A stretch of DNA of 62,793 nucleotides, filler included, from Basidiobolus ranarum (GCA_040143965.1; 48 parts of 48 records of this genome joined end to end with filler, not necessarily neighbours in it); one strand, 5' to 3'; counted from the first letter of the whole stretch, positions 23,747 to 36,747 are shown. Translations and numbers: made by a program. The notes: a model not told the origin generated them from the letters alone.

Positions 23747-24220
23747 ATGACTAGCCGCAGAATCATCAGAATTCATCTTAATTGAGAATGATGTTTGCCT
23801 AAGAGATAGTCTATTGGCCAGATATTAAATTTCATATACTCCCTCTAGTATTGCTCAAGCAGTTTGGACACTATTAGCTGAATACATGTGTCTCAATGGA
23901 GAGTGTCTGAGAAGTAGACAAAGTGTAGAGAGAGCTTTGCTCTGCTTTTTGTCAAAGGCAAGGATAGCTTCTGGTAGACCCTTTGAATCTATTTCTTCTC
24001 CTGTAACATATCCTCAGAGGTTGTTGAATTCTAGTATCATTTGCATCTTGAACTTCCAAAGGTGAAAGTCCTCACCATCAAACTTCTCTGTGGGTGCAAA
24101 AATGTTGGTAACATCACCAGTAGACATTTCTCTAACAGCTAGCTTGGTGCTTATAATCTGATAAAACTTTTTAGGTGATTTGCAAGTGTTTTGGATAAGT
24201 TTTGGATATGGGAGCTAGAA
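23747..24220 (-). mobile_element. Ty1/Copia 5' LTR end, PBS and gag N-terminus (ATG 24127)
   Basis: TTTTATCA then GATTATAAGCACC (degenerate GGTTATG-type PBS); EKFDGEDFHLWKFKMQMIL. Confidence 0.8.
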
Positions 24221-24506
24221 TCATGGTGCCTTTTGGTTTTGAACTGATTAGCCTCTGTGAATTTGATTAGGACTTTTTCCGGGGGATGCACATGGTACAT
24301 GCTTGCCAAATTTAGCAAAATTACTTCATAGCCCCCTATGGGTATACCGCTCAGGTCAAATCCTGAGTGAGCCAAGTGTCAATCTGGCAACCTCTCTTTA
24401 GCTCCTTATTATCCTAACCACGTGGCTGTAGATTCTTGATATTGCTAATCCTTCACTTGGTGAAGTTTGCCAGCAATACACCATACCCTTTGACTTGTCC
24501 ACCATA

Positions 24507-24803
24507 CCCTAACAGAAATTTGAGGATTGTTATTGTAGGAAAGCTGTAACCATTATAAACCATTTGGGATTTACCATTTAGTTACCATCATAAAATTGTC
24601 AAGTTAGATTTGATTTTAATCAATTCTTTCAGTTACAGAAGTGAAATTTCAAGATCTTGTAAAAAGAGTTGTGCATGATTGGCTACAATCACAGAGAACT
24701 ATGGATCAGCACATGTGCAAAAACATAACTCAAATTTTACACAATTACCACTTGAATGCTAATTTGTCACCTTCAAAATCCCTTGTCTCTCTGATATATT
24801 CTC
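24507..24803 (+). mobile_element. CMC element left terminus, cut by an LTR at about 24804
   Basis: CCCTAACAGAAATTTGAGG. Confidence 0.87.
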
Positions 24804-24956
24804 TGATAAAAGTGTTCAGGGGATTTGGAAGAGTTTTGGACAAGATTTGGATCTGTNNNNNNNNNNNNNNNNNNNNNNNNNNNNNNNNNNNNNNNNNNNN
24901 TTAATTAATTAANNNNNNNNNNNNNNNNNNNNNNNNNNNNNNNNNNNNNNNNNNNN

Positions 24957-25775
24957 TAAAATCAACAGTTTCAATACAGAACAAGGGTGGAATATCTCTG
25001 CACATCTGGCATTTTCTGAACCAGAAAATTTGACACAAGCTCTGAAATCTGATGAAGCAACAGAATGGAGAAAAGCCACTGATGATGAAATTTACTCCCT
25101 AATCAAGAATATCACATGGATCCTTGTGGACTTACCTATAGGGAGATAAACTATTGGTAATAGATGGGTGCTGTAACTGAAACCTAACTCAGATAGATCT
25201 ATCCACTGGTACAAAGCAAGATTAGTAGTAAAAGGCTATTCTTAGAAACATGGCATTGACTATGATGAAACATTTTCTCCTGTTGCTAAGTTTACTGCAA
25301 TCAGAGTAGTCCTGGCCATTGCTACCCCTCAAGGAGTGCTGATTGAACAAATGGATGTCAAGACAGCACTTCTTAATGAAGAAATTGATGAGGATATATA
25401 CATGGATCAACCAGAGGGATATATTGCAAAAGGAAAAGAACACTAAGTATGCAAACTACAGAGAGGTCTATATGGTCTGAAACAGGTTCCTTGCACATGT
25501 AATATCAAAATCAATAAGATCTTCATGAAACATCTTTTCCATTGTAGCAAAGCTGATCACTGCATCTACTTCAAGACTATCAAAGCCACCAATGTCATAA
25601 TTGCTCTCTATGTTGATGATATCATAATAGTTAGTAATTGCTTAAATCTGATGAAACAAACTAAGACCTGGCTCTCGACCAAGTTTGAAATGCAAGATCT
25701 TGGATCACTAGCATATTGTCTTGGAATGTAGATATATCAAACTTCCACTATTGGAATACTATATATTACACAAGA
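24957..25775 (+). mobile_element. Ty1/Copia RT fragment
   Basis: [41 protein letters not shown]. Confidence 0.92.
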
Positions 25776-26167
25776 CCCTAACAAAAATTTGAGTATTGTT
25801 ATCATAGGAAAACCATCATAATTTTAATCCATTTGGGATTCACCATTTACTTACCATCATAAAATTGCAAAGTTAGATTTGATTTTAATCAATTTTTTCA
25901 GTTTCAGGAGTAAAATTTTGAGATCTTGCAAAATAGTTGCACATGATTGGCTACAATCTCAAAGAACTATTGATCAACACATGTGCAAAAAACATAACTC
26001 AAATTTAAACAATTACCACTTGAATGCTAATTTATCACCTTCAAAATCCCTAGTCTCCTTAATATATTCTCTGGAATAGTTTTATAGAGTTCTTCATACC
26101 CAAGGTTTAGCTCATACCCAACACAAGTTTGTATCAATATCTCCATCAAAGCCAACCATTGAATTAT
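25776..26167 (+). mobile_element. CMC left terminus with the 3' end of the antisense ORF-A
   Basis: CCCTAACAAAAATTTGAG; colinear with 51590-51980. Confidence 0.87.
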
Positions 26168-26267
26168 NNNNNNNNNNNNNNNNNNNNNNNNNNNNNNNNN
26201 NNNNNNNNNNNTTAATTAATTAANNNNNNNNNNNNNNNNNNNNNNNNNNNNNNNNNNNNNNNNNNNN

Positions 26268-27478
26268 CAATCAGTAAACTTGAAGGCTTTCGCGGGCACG
26301 ATGCACTATCTTGCTGTAGATTTTGTCAAATTAATGAAGTCTAATCTATCAGGCATACACTTTACTACTGTCCAAATATGAAACTAAACTCCATGATTTT
26401 ACCATCAAGAGCCCGGTCAGATTTCAACATGATCACTGATATAAATTCACCAAATAGTTAGTCTAGCATCAAACTTGGTATTAGCCATAAGCCTAGGCTT
26501 ATATTACTAGAGGGGGATCAGCTGGAGCCAGAGCTTCCTGTTAGGCACTATGCACTTACTATTCAACAACATTCAAATACTACTTACTGTGGAAGTTTAT
26601 TGCCTTTATCATATTTGTTATCTCTATCTTTATACACCTGACAGCTTCATATATCACATAGAAGTTAGTTAATATTACTCAGTCCAATATCACTTCACTG
26701 AAAACTGGAACATATATTATATATAAATCCCTAACGAAAATAAAATTGATTTGATCCGGATTGGATCCACCCTCCAAAAGAGCAAAACCATCAGATAACT
26801 GTCACAATATTGGTCGCTTGCATTCTGCCAGGGATTTTGATGGTGTGATGGTGGTTTCTTGATGGTACTTTGATGGTATTCCTACATGTTAAAATATTGA
26901 ACCTCAATTGGTGTGCATTATTTGATAACTGGCAATTTTTGCAAAAATATAATTTTTGAATGGCAAGTTACTGGATTTAATGCTGCAGAAATTTGATTTA
27001 ATATGCATGCTTTTATTTAGATATTTTAGGCTTTGTATTCCAGCCATAACAAGAATTAGAAAATACATGAATCTTGCTTTGCATAGCCTCTACATAGGCA
27101 CATACCTGACTAATTAGACATAACTCAACAACATCAATATGCTTTAGAGCAAACTAATGGTGGAAAAATTGCTAAGCATCTGAAATCTTGAATAGTCCCA
27201 ACACTTGGAAAATAGATGACTCTTGTTAGCATTCACAGTAAGAATGAGCTCTTGGATTTTGGCAAATTTCGATAAAGAATTCAGCCAAAACATCCCCAAC
27301 TTGCAGTCAACAACTGTCCTGCCACAAGTAGATGTGTCATTGCTTGAATATATTACCCCATGGCTAAAAAAATAATACTGCATATCTTGATCTATCTCAC
27401 CAAGAAGTCTGTCTTGCAGCTTTCCTAAAAGTAGTGTCAGATTATCACACATGCAAATTAGTCCAATTATAGAGGTAC
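26268..27478. mobile_element. Nested stack: CMC transposase (+, to 26587), family-B LTR start (26588-26728), CMC right end and C-terminus (-, 26729-27478)
   Basis: Each segment matches other copies; CCCTAACGAAAATAAAA at 26729. Confidence 0.85.
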
Positions 27479-27578
27479 NNNNNNNNNNNNNNNNNNNNNN
27501 NNNNNNNNNNNNNNNNNNNNNNTTAATTAATTAANNNNNNNNNNNNNNNNNNNNNNNNNNNNNNNNNNNNNNNNNNNN

Positions 27579-28069
27579 CATACTGCAGATTGATCCATCA
27601 TTGAGTGCTGTGATTTGTCACCGGTGTGCCAAAACTACTGGTGTTTTGTAATGCAGGAGCTGTTGTGCCCAATTGAAAATCAGGATACTGCGTTAGTGAG
27701 GGACAAATGATTGGCCTAAAAACATGCAAATGTCTTGGTTATACATTTGATTGGGTAAGTTGCAGTATAAATTGTTTATTATTACACATTCAGTAATTTG
27801 TAAGTTCAAACTAGGGGATGAATTTACTTTGTCAGTTACCCAAAATCGTAATTTGGCAATACTAAATCAGGTAACTCAGTATGGGCTGGCACAATATCTC
27901 CAAAAAAAGCATCATGTCTGATTGTGGTGGGAGAGTGCCTTATTGTTCCTTATAGTGTCCAATCAAGTGTTATAGGACCCAGCCATGGTAATTGACAGAT
28001 CACGCCAGATGGTGTATTAGCAGGCTGGATTAAGTGGCACAATCTGTCATGGTCCGATGGAACAAGTCT
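27579..28069. mobile_element. End of a longer element related to the 182-bp MITE
   Basis: Ends ATGGAACAAGTCT with TGGCACAAT subterminal motifs; a similar end, AGTCTTGTTCCAT, at 8741. Confidence 0.5.
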
Positions 28070-28227
28070 AATAAAATTTCTGTTTGTGTTTATTATCCTA
28101 ATTATTTCAATTATGTGTAATGGCATGGAAATTATTTAATAAGCTGCATCAGCAAAGTTCAATCATAGTTTGATCCATATCAATTTATTTAGCATACATA
28201 TTGAAACAGCTCAAAGTGGAATGCATT

Positions 28228-28789
28228 ATGCTTGATCACACTATGGGAAATTAACTTTGACATTTTAGCAAATAATATAAATGATCCCTAATTCTGATTG
28301 AAACCATTAAAGTCTAACATCATAGATATATATTGTATTTACATATCATGTCAAAACAGATTCTTCCTGATTCACAACCTACTTTGGTACAAGAAACCAG
28401 CACTTCCAAAATTTTGCATGTGCAGTCAAATGAAGGTGTGGGTGGCACAAAATAGCACATGCCTATTGATTTTACAGATAGCGAGGTATCTACTATGAAT
28501 TCTCGCTTGGATATATCAGAGTTATTGATAAACCTGACAGAAGCTGGGGAAAGGGCATTAGACAAAAGTGGAAGCAAGTTTCAACTCTGCTTTGGGGAGG
28601 ATATTATATCTTCATGCCTTCAGAAGTCTGAAAAAAAATATACAAAAAGACTCACAAAGGTAGAAAGTGTGAATTGAGAAATAGGAATTTTGATTTTGAG
28701 TCCACAAAGACATGATTCCAATCACGGTTTTGCATGTAATGTCCCAATGCAACAGTTGCAGCCTCAACTTTAGAGACAAAAGATGTTCT
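28228..28789 (+). repeat. Second copy of the unknown repeated ORF (MSKQILPDSQPTLVQ...)
   Basis: Homologous to the reverse complement of about 1770-2300. Confidence 0.6.
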
Positions 28790-28889
28790 NNNNNNNNNNN
28801 NNNNNNNNNNNNNNNNNNNNNNNNNNNNNNNNNTTAATTAATTAANNNNNNNNNNNNNNNNNNNNNNNNNNNNNNNNNNNNNNNNNNNN

Positions 28890-30100
28890 CAATCATTTGC
28901 AACTATTTTGCAAGATCTTGAAATTTCACTCCTGAAACTGAAAAAATTGATTAAAATCAAATCTAACTTGACAATTTTATGACAGTAAGTAAACGGTCAA
29001 CCCCAAATGGATTAAAATTGTGACGGTTTTCCTACGATAACAATCCTCAAATTTCTGTTAGGGGATACTGCTACCATTCAGAGATAACTTTCAGAAAATA
29101 ACATGGAGCTCTCTATTGCCAATACAAATCCAATTGGTTGCACTATTTCCTTTTATGATACTCAGCTTCTTCATATGACCAATGCAACATACCTTGGATT
29201 TCCATTTACTCAAACTGGCATTGATGTGAAGAAACAATTGTCAGTTAGAATTGCCTTGGCCAAACAGGCTGTTTGCAAGTTGCTTGCTGCTACACCCCCC
29301 AATACTTCTTATCATGGCTGTCAAAGACTTCTCAAGCAGTTTGTGATAGCAGTTCTGGAATATGTAGTACATCTACTCCCACTCAACCAAAGAGTATACT
29401 CCAAGCTTGATAGATTCATCAGCTACTGTCTCAGGCTGCTGATGCCTGACTTGTCTGAGACTCTCTATGATCATGCTCTGAATGGAACTTTTGGATTCTT
29501 CCCATATCATATTAGAGTTGTTTTACTCAAGGCAAGATTTCTACTCCAACTAAACAACTGCAGAAATCCACTGATTAAATGGTGGCTAGCCACACCATCA
29601 TCAAATGCACTATCATACTGGAAATTGATACAAGATGATCCTCTTGTTTCTGAGTTAGCTTTACAACTGCATGAAATAAAACAGCCTAAAATTGTTGCAA
29701 TAGACTTTGAGCTACACCTTTGGAAGCAATACCTTGCCTCCAAGATACCTTTCTTGATTCCCATTATACCTGGGTTTTGTCCCCTTGTCCATCTGGTTTG
29801 TACTGAGTACCTCCCTTTCTGCTTACCACCTTTGCCCCTTAATACCATATTTACATCTTCTGAACTTGATTACATTGGTCATAAGGTTAAGTATGGATTG
29901 TGCAAGTTTATTGTCTTTATCACATTTTTTTTATCTCTATCTTTATACACCTAACTATTTTATATATCACATATAAGTTAGTTAACATGACTTAGTCAAA
30001 TATCACTTAGCTGAAAATTGGAACATATATTATATATATATGTGAATAATGTGAGAATTAGCAATTCCATATTGGAAATTTCAAACTTGTCCAAATTGCC
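28890..30100. mobile_element. Nested stack: CMC left end (-, to 29063), LINE C-terminal region (+, 29064-29898), family-B LTR (29899-30100)
   Basis: TTTCTGTTAGGG terminus; LINE part near-identical to 15964-16798; LTR matches 31826 onward. Confidence 0.88.
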
Positions 30101-30200
30101 NNNNNNNNNNNNNNNNNNNNNNNNNNNNNNNNNNNNNNNNNNNNTTAATTAATTAANNNNNNNNNNNNNNNNNNNNNNNNNNNNNNNNNNNNNNNNNNNN

Positions 30201-30505
30201 TCGGCCAAGAGGGTATGAAGAAATCTCTCTAGTGTGATAAAGGTGCACGTATTTGCGTAGTCGCGATAACGGACGACTGCTTCATTGGTTTCCTGGAAAA
30301 CGATCCCATGAAAGTTTTGGGCGCTTTCCCTGCAGATATGTGCCAAGTTGATAGAGCATGGTTGGTTGAAAAGTTCTCCAAGAGCTCTACCTCAAGTGAT
30401 AGCGACACTGAAGTAGAGTCAAAGATAGATAGATCCGAAGTTATAATGAAAGAACCAGGAGCTTACTACATCAATTCGGCGAAATTTGTAGAAATCGAAG
30501 TTTAG
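30201..30505 (+). pseudogene. 3' end of a gene with a degenerate SH3-like domain and an apparent 4-bp frameshift
   Basis: RPRGYEEISL joins DKGARICVVAITDDCFIG...GAFPADMC if GTGT (30232-30235) is removed; fits the SH3 pattern ELSFxKGDxIxV...GxFP. Confidence 0.55.
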
Positions 30506-31510
30506 TTTGGCTGTGCCCTAGCTTCCTCCCATCATATCCATACTGCATGACTCTGGTAGTCACCTAGTAAGCGCAACTACACATCCATATCATTTTCATC
30601 TCCTAGTTACTTTTACATACTTGTCAAACATATATACCTTCCTTCTGTTTAAACTCGAGTCCTTTCTCCGTTAACTATACGTCTTTCCCACGCAATCCAC
30701 CTTGACTATCTTTATAGTTTCAGTACACCAAAAAAAGTGGTAAATCTATCTAATCATCTTAAATTAACTTTGTATAGTCGTAGTTATATGCATATTCTGA
30801 TAGATAGATGGAATCCGATCAATAAACTGAGAGTCTTCATTTATCCTTTGTTTCGATGTAATGCTGGTTTGTTCCAATGAGGATTGGATCAGGTTTATGC
30901 TAGTTCTCACAGTCCAAATCACGTTGGAATCATTCCCATTAAAGGAATTGTAGTGTTGTAATCATCTGGTCTCATTCTACTGGGGGTGTATATCTAGGGG
31001 CTGTAGCAAAGAATGCGTTGGGTTACATATCTTCTATTGATTGTCTTCAAAGTATTATATCACAGCCATTTCTTCAAACAACTAGGGGTGTTATAAATGA
31101 GTAAATGGCTCGTATATCCTAATCTCCTTGAAAGTCTTATGCAGTAGCTTTGCAATTCTCTTGATTCAAATTTGGCACTAGTTCAAGTAGCATTCGCAAA
31201 AGAGTCGGTTGTGTTCAAAACACTAATACTTGGTACGCTTTGTATCTAAAACAATTCGGCAATATAGAGGTAGCAGGAAACAGTACCCTGTTGAAATGAT
31301 GTATACTAGATTCATAGTACCCGGCTGAGGTCAAAGGAGGTCACCATCTGTTTCACTTTGGTCACGATTGTATAAAGTATTGTCAAGGTTTGCGACTATT
31401 GATGTGGAGTNNNNNNNNNNNNNNNNNNNNNNNNNNNNNNNNNNNNNNNNNNNNTTAATTAATTAANNNNNNNNNNNNNNNNNNNNNNNNNNNNNNNNNN
31501 NNNNNNNNNN

Positions 31511-32202
31511 AAAGGAGGCTATGTGGTTAAGGAAACTGTTCAAAGACTTGGGCATTATTAAAAGTTCACCCACCATAATTTTCAAGAATAATCAAAGTTG
31601 TATTTCTTTAGCTAAAAATCCCAAATTTCATGCTAGAAGTAAGCACATTGATATTCAACATCACTTTGTTAGGGAAGCTATTGAGAATAAGCACATCCAA
31701 CTACAGTACTGTCCAACTGAGGACATGCTTGCTGATATCCTTACCAAATCATTACCCAAGCCTAAATTTGAAGAATTAAGATTTAAGTTATGATTAAGAT
31801 ATATGAATGTTTAGTTGAGTAGGAGTGTTGAAGTTTATTGTCTCTATCATATTTGTTATCTCTATCTATATACACCTAACTACTTCATATATCACATACA
31901 AGTTAGTTAACATTACTTAGTGAAATATCATTTAGCTGAAAATTGGAAAATGTATTATTTATATATGTGAATAATGTGAGAAATAGCAATTCCATATTGA
32001 AAATTTCAAACTTGTCCAAATGGCTCAAAAAACGTTCATTTTACTCCCACAGATGTTCTGAACACAACCCCAGTGTTAGTTTTCTGTATTTCCACCAAAA
32101 TGTATAAATACTTTATTTCTGGACAATATATAATTATCTCACAAAGCTATTCACAACTTCACTTTTCTAAAGTTCCTCCAGACAGCCCATATTATCCCAA
32201 TA
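31511..32202 (+). mobile_element. Ty1/Copia RNase H, PPT and family-B LTR (31826-32202)
   Basis: RSKHIDIQHHFVRE, ADILTKSL; GAGTAGGAG then TGTTG. Confidence 0.92.
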
Positions 32203-32720
32203 AATAAGACATACTTGTTAGATAGATATAGAGATATTCCTATTTAGAATATAGAGGCTATAGATATGTTGCTTTCTGTTTCTGATATATGTATCATAAC
32301 TAAAGTTGACTATGATATTGAATAAAGATTAATTATCCAACACCTTCCCTTAATTCTTATTCAGCATTGTACCCATATTCACTAATGCTCATTCCTGCTC
32401 TTAACTTCACAAAGCTTGAAGTTTTGAGTGGTTTTGTTAGTATATCTGCAAGCATGTTCTCAGTATTACAGTAAATGAAGTTCACTTCTTTGTCTTGAAC
32501 TTTCTCTCATATAAAATGATGTCTTATTTCAATATGTTTCATCCTTGAGTGATGCTCAGAATACTTGGTGATCTGAATACAACTAATATTATCTTGATAT
32601 ATTGGGGTGGGATTAACTTGATCATATCCTAGTTCCTTGAGAAGACTCCTTAGCCATATAGCTTCTTGAACAGCCATAGAGCTTGCCATATATTCTGCTT
32701 CTGTAGTTGATAATGCAACA
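32203..32720 (-). mobile_element. A different Ty1/Copia RNase H, PPT and family-C LTR start (32342)
   Basis: ALSTTEAEYMA, RMKHIEIRHHFI, ADILTK; AGGGAAGG then TGTTGG. Confidence 0.9.
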
Positions 32721-32820
32721 NNNNNNNNNNNNNNNNNNNNNNNNNNNNNNNNNNNNNNNNNNNNTTAATTAATTAANNNNNNNNNNNNNNNNNNNNNNNN
32801 NNNNNNNNNNNNNNNNNNNN

Positions 32821-34029
32821 GAAATCTTCCCCATTGAATGTTTGAATATTAGTAATCTCCTTTTGGGAAGAAGACTCTAATTCACTTGCTGCTACCATGT
32901 TGGAGGATCTTGACATAATGGGGGTAGACTTAATGTATTAGAAGCAACTTACGATAGTGTGTTTTAGTTACTTTATTCTGAAGAGAATATGGTGACCTAT
33001 GCAGTAGCAAAGTAAATCAAATGTTTTAGATATTCAGGAGTTTGTGTAATAAGATATAATAGATAAGTGGGGGTAATAGACATACTTGTTATATACATGT
33101 AGAAATATTCCTGTTTAGAATATAGGGGCTATAGATATGTTGCTTTCTGTTTCTAATATATGTATCATAACTAAAGTTAACCATGATGTTGAATACAGAT
33201 TAATTATCTAACAGATGTTGGGCTAGTGGTATCCATTAGAGTGCAACATCTTATTCAGTGTATCAGCTCAAAAGTGTCCTAGTAGGTGGCATTGCTGAAT
33301 GAGATTGTTCCTTTCATTTTGCAGTGGGCAAATTCTGGAATCTGGGTCTTGCTGGAGGATTGCGGTGGTAGTGGTTGTAAGTTTGCTAATTACAGCATTA
33401 ATCACATGTCCCCCACAGGGGGAAGTTGGAAAATGTCTAGAAAGGTGATCAGGTAGAATATTGAGAATTCCAGGGCAATGAATTATAGTGTAATCATAAT
33501 CCAGTAGAGTATCCAGCCAGTTGGTCAGCATTGGTGTTAGAGTCTTCTGAGTGTGAATGTAGACAAGTGCTTGGTGGTCAGTGTAAAGAGTAAAATGATT
33601 TCCCCAGAGGTACTGATGAAATTTCTTGAGGGCAAACACAATGGCTAGTAATTCCTTCTTGGTAGCAGAATAATTATGTTCAGCAGGCTGCAAAGATCTG
33701 GCTTGGAAAGAAATCCAATGAGGTGGATTTTGGTCTTCATCCTGGTAAAGAACTGTCCCTAACCCAACATTAAATGCATTGGTAGCAACAAAGCAAAACT
33801 TGGAAAGTCAGGATAAGATTGAGTAGGAGCTTGGGGAAGCATTGTGCACAATGAATCAAAGGATTGATCATGTACATTGTTCCAAACTGAGGGTAGATTT
33901 GGGTTATGTTGGAAGGAATCTGTTGAAGTTTATTGTCTTTATCATATTTGTTATCTCTATCTTTATACACCTAACTATTTCATATATCACATATAAGTTA
34001 GTTAACATTACTTAGTCAAATATCACTTA
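32821..34029 (-). mobile_element. Ty3/Gypsy RNase H fragment (33214-33800) between Copia LTR-C (to 33213) and LTR-B (from 33921)
   Basis: AEHNYSATKKELLAIVFALKKFHQYLWG, LYTDHQAL, PDHLSR. Confidence 0.9.
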
Positions 34030-34129
34030 NNNNNNNNNNNNNNNNNNNNNNNNNNNNNNNNNNNNNNNNNNNNTTAATTAATTAANNNNNNNNNNNNNNN
34101 NNNNNNNNNNNNNNNNNNNNNNNNNNNNN

Positions 34130-35338
34130 ATCTTAAGCCCTCAGATATTACTAAATGTGAAAGCTGTATTCAAGGGAAAATCACCAGAAAACCATTTCCA
34201 AAAGAAGGAGCTAGCAAAGCCAAAGATTTATTGGATCTTATTCATACAGACTTATGTGGCCCAATGCAAACTCTGACACCAAGTAAGCGACGATATTTAC
34301 TCATCTTTATTGATGATAAATCTCACTTCACAGTTTCATATCTTCTGTCGAGCAAAGGAGAAGTGTTTCAATATTTCAAGATATATGAAGCAATGGTCAC
34401 AACCATAACAGGAAGAAAAATCAAATACCTACGCAGTGATAATGGAACTGAATTTAGCAATGAAGCCATGACTAGCTTTTGTCAAGAAAAGGGAATTCAG
34501 CAGCAATTTACTATTCCATATAGTGCAGAACAAAATGGAGTTGCAGAAAGGATGAATAGGACTTTGGTAGAGAAAGCACATACAATGCTGATTGATTCAG
34601 ATCTGCCTAAGACCTATTGGGGTGAAGCTATTTTAACAGCTACATATCTCCAAAATAGAAGTCCAACACGTAGCAACCATGACTCTAAAACTCCTATTGA
34701 AATCTGGACTGGAAACAAGCCTAATCTGAATCACCTTGGAATTTTTGTATCAATAGTATAAGCTCATATTCCTAAACCTCAGCATAAGAAATTGGACAAA
34801 AAGGCAATTAAATGTATCCTGTTTGGATATCAGCACAAAGGCTATCATCTCCTAATTGCTGGCACAAATCAAATCATCAACTCCAGAGATACTATATTCA
34901 TTGAAGATAGATAGATAAGTGAGTCATGCAGCAGCTGAAGTCTTGGCAGTGAAAGATCATTGGTTATGAATCATGTGACTCAAATTGACTTGTGTCTAGG
35001 CAGATTACTCAGAGGTTAATACTGATTGGATAATGATCATGTGATAGGTCATATGATCTGATAGAAGGGATAAGCAAATAGATAGATAGTCAGGTGATAG
35101 GTCACATGATAAAGTCACTGGATAAAGTCAGGTGACTAGTTAGCAATAATGATAAACTAAACAAATATTCATGCAAGTTGTATAGATGTGGCATAAGTTA
35201 AACAACTTTGTATGTTGGTGCACAACAGTGCTGAAACTGAAACTTAACTCAGATGGATCTATCAACCAGTACAAAGCAAGATTAGTAGTAAAAGGCTATG
35301 CTCAGAAACATGGCATTGACTATGATGAAACATTTTCT
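34130..35338 (+). mobile_element. Ty1/Copia integrase, LTR-like insertion (34906-35227) and RT start
   Basis: [47 protein letters not shown]. Confidence 0.92.
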
Positions 35339-35438
35339 NNNNNNNNNNNNNNNNNNNNNNNNNNNNNNNNNNNNNNNNNNNNTTAATTAATTAANNNNNN
35401 NNNNNNNNNNNNNNNNNNNNNNNNNNNNNNNNNNNNNN

Positions 35439-35663
35439 GTTCAACTCCTTGGAATCAAGGTTGATGCCAACATTTGTCTAAGTGGTCACAATTCTGGAAT
35501 CGGCGCCCCTGTTCTGTCGAATGCCCCTGGATGCCCTACTTTAGTAGCTAATGCAAAACTACTGGGTATTGTCAATGTCGATCTGTCGCTCTGTCTCAAG
35601 GCCAATATTAATCTGAACTTGAGAAGACGTAATTCCTTTAAGAGGGCGGCAATCTCCACATAA
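35439..35663 (+). CDS. 3' end of a protein with Cys-bounded hydrophobic repeats (not in the ORF track)
   Basis: Open frame from the contig edge: VQLLGIKVDANIC...CPTLVANAKLLGIVNVDLSLC...AAIST*; same repeat as the downstream gene. Confidence 0.8.
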   Translation, partial: VQLLGIKVDANICLSGHNSGIGAPVLSNAPGCPTLVANAKLLGIVNVDLSLCLKANINLNLRRRNSFKRAAIST

Positions 35664-36244
35664 GTCATGTGTTCAATATCCGCGTTTTTTTATGTTTCGT
35701 TATTGTAGCTCTTCTTACATTCCTATTGTTGATTTTGACTATGTTTTGTATGAAGATGATTTATTGCCAGTTGCGAGATAGTATGTTCATTCGTATAATT
35801 TAATAAAGTAATCACTAATTTACAAATATTTCTGAAATTGAGATTTATACTGATAATGAACTAAAAATTTGAATTCAGCATCTAAAGGAATGCATAATAT
35901 AAAAAAGATAAATACATTGCAAATAGGATTTTAGGTAATATAATTACGTTAATTATGCAGTCATCGGGTGTATAAGAGATTTACTTTTGCTAGTACCAGA
36001 GGTCAAAAGTATTGTAAAGGTTGATTTAGTAGCGCATAAAGCAGGATAGTGAGCGGAGTACATGGAGTTGCCGCTTTAATTGCATGACCTGCACACACGC
36101 ATAAACTCCTGAAAATAACAAAGTATATATATCGGCATTTTCTCAACAAGTTTTATTCACTATTATATTTAACAGTGTTCCAAATCCTTTTCTATTTCGC
36201 TATAACTTCTAATCTATATATTTGATACAGCAATTACTTAAAAT

Positions 36245-36647
36245 ATGAAAGTCGTCAGCGCACAATCCCTTTTAATATATTCCACTCTTTCTTTGATAAG
36301 TGCTCTCCCTCGCTACAGTACCAACAGTGAAGCACCAGATAGATACTGCCAAGGACTAATCGTTAGAATTAATACTCTTGGGGCCAATATTGATGCTAAG
36401 GTATGCGTAGGAAGAACAGGACACAATTATAATTACGATGATATCGATAAGATGAGCTGTAGTGGCTTAATAGTAGCAGTTGAGGCTTTAGGCATCAACG
36501 TTAAGGCAGGTCTTTGCTCTGGAAATGGAAATGGACGTCACGAAAGTGGCTATAAACAAGGTGATGTCGAAGATTACAATGATAGCAGTGAAGGTGAAGG
36601 TGGTGATTATAACGAAGATCACCCCGGAAATGGCAACGGTGGTTATG
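36245..36647 (+). CDS. Secreted protein with Cys-bounded hydrophobic repeats and an acidic Gly/Asn-rich linker (3'-truncated)
   Basis: Signal-peptide-like N-terminus; CQGLIVRINTLGANIDAKVC and CSGLIVAVEALGINVKAGLC; TATATATA near 36124. Confidence 0.85.
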
Positions 36648-36747
36648 NNNNNNNNNNNNNNNNNNNNNNNNNNNNNNNNNNNNNNNNNNNNTTAATTAAT
36701 TAANNNNNNNNNNNNNNNNNNNNNNNNNNNNNNNNNNNNNNNNNNNN

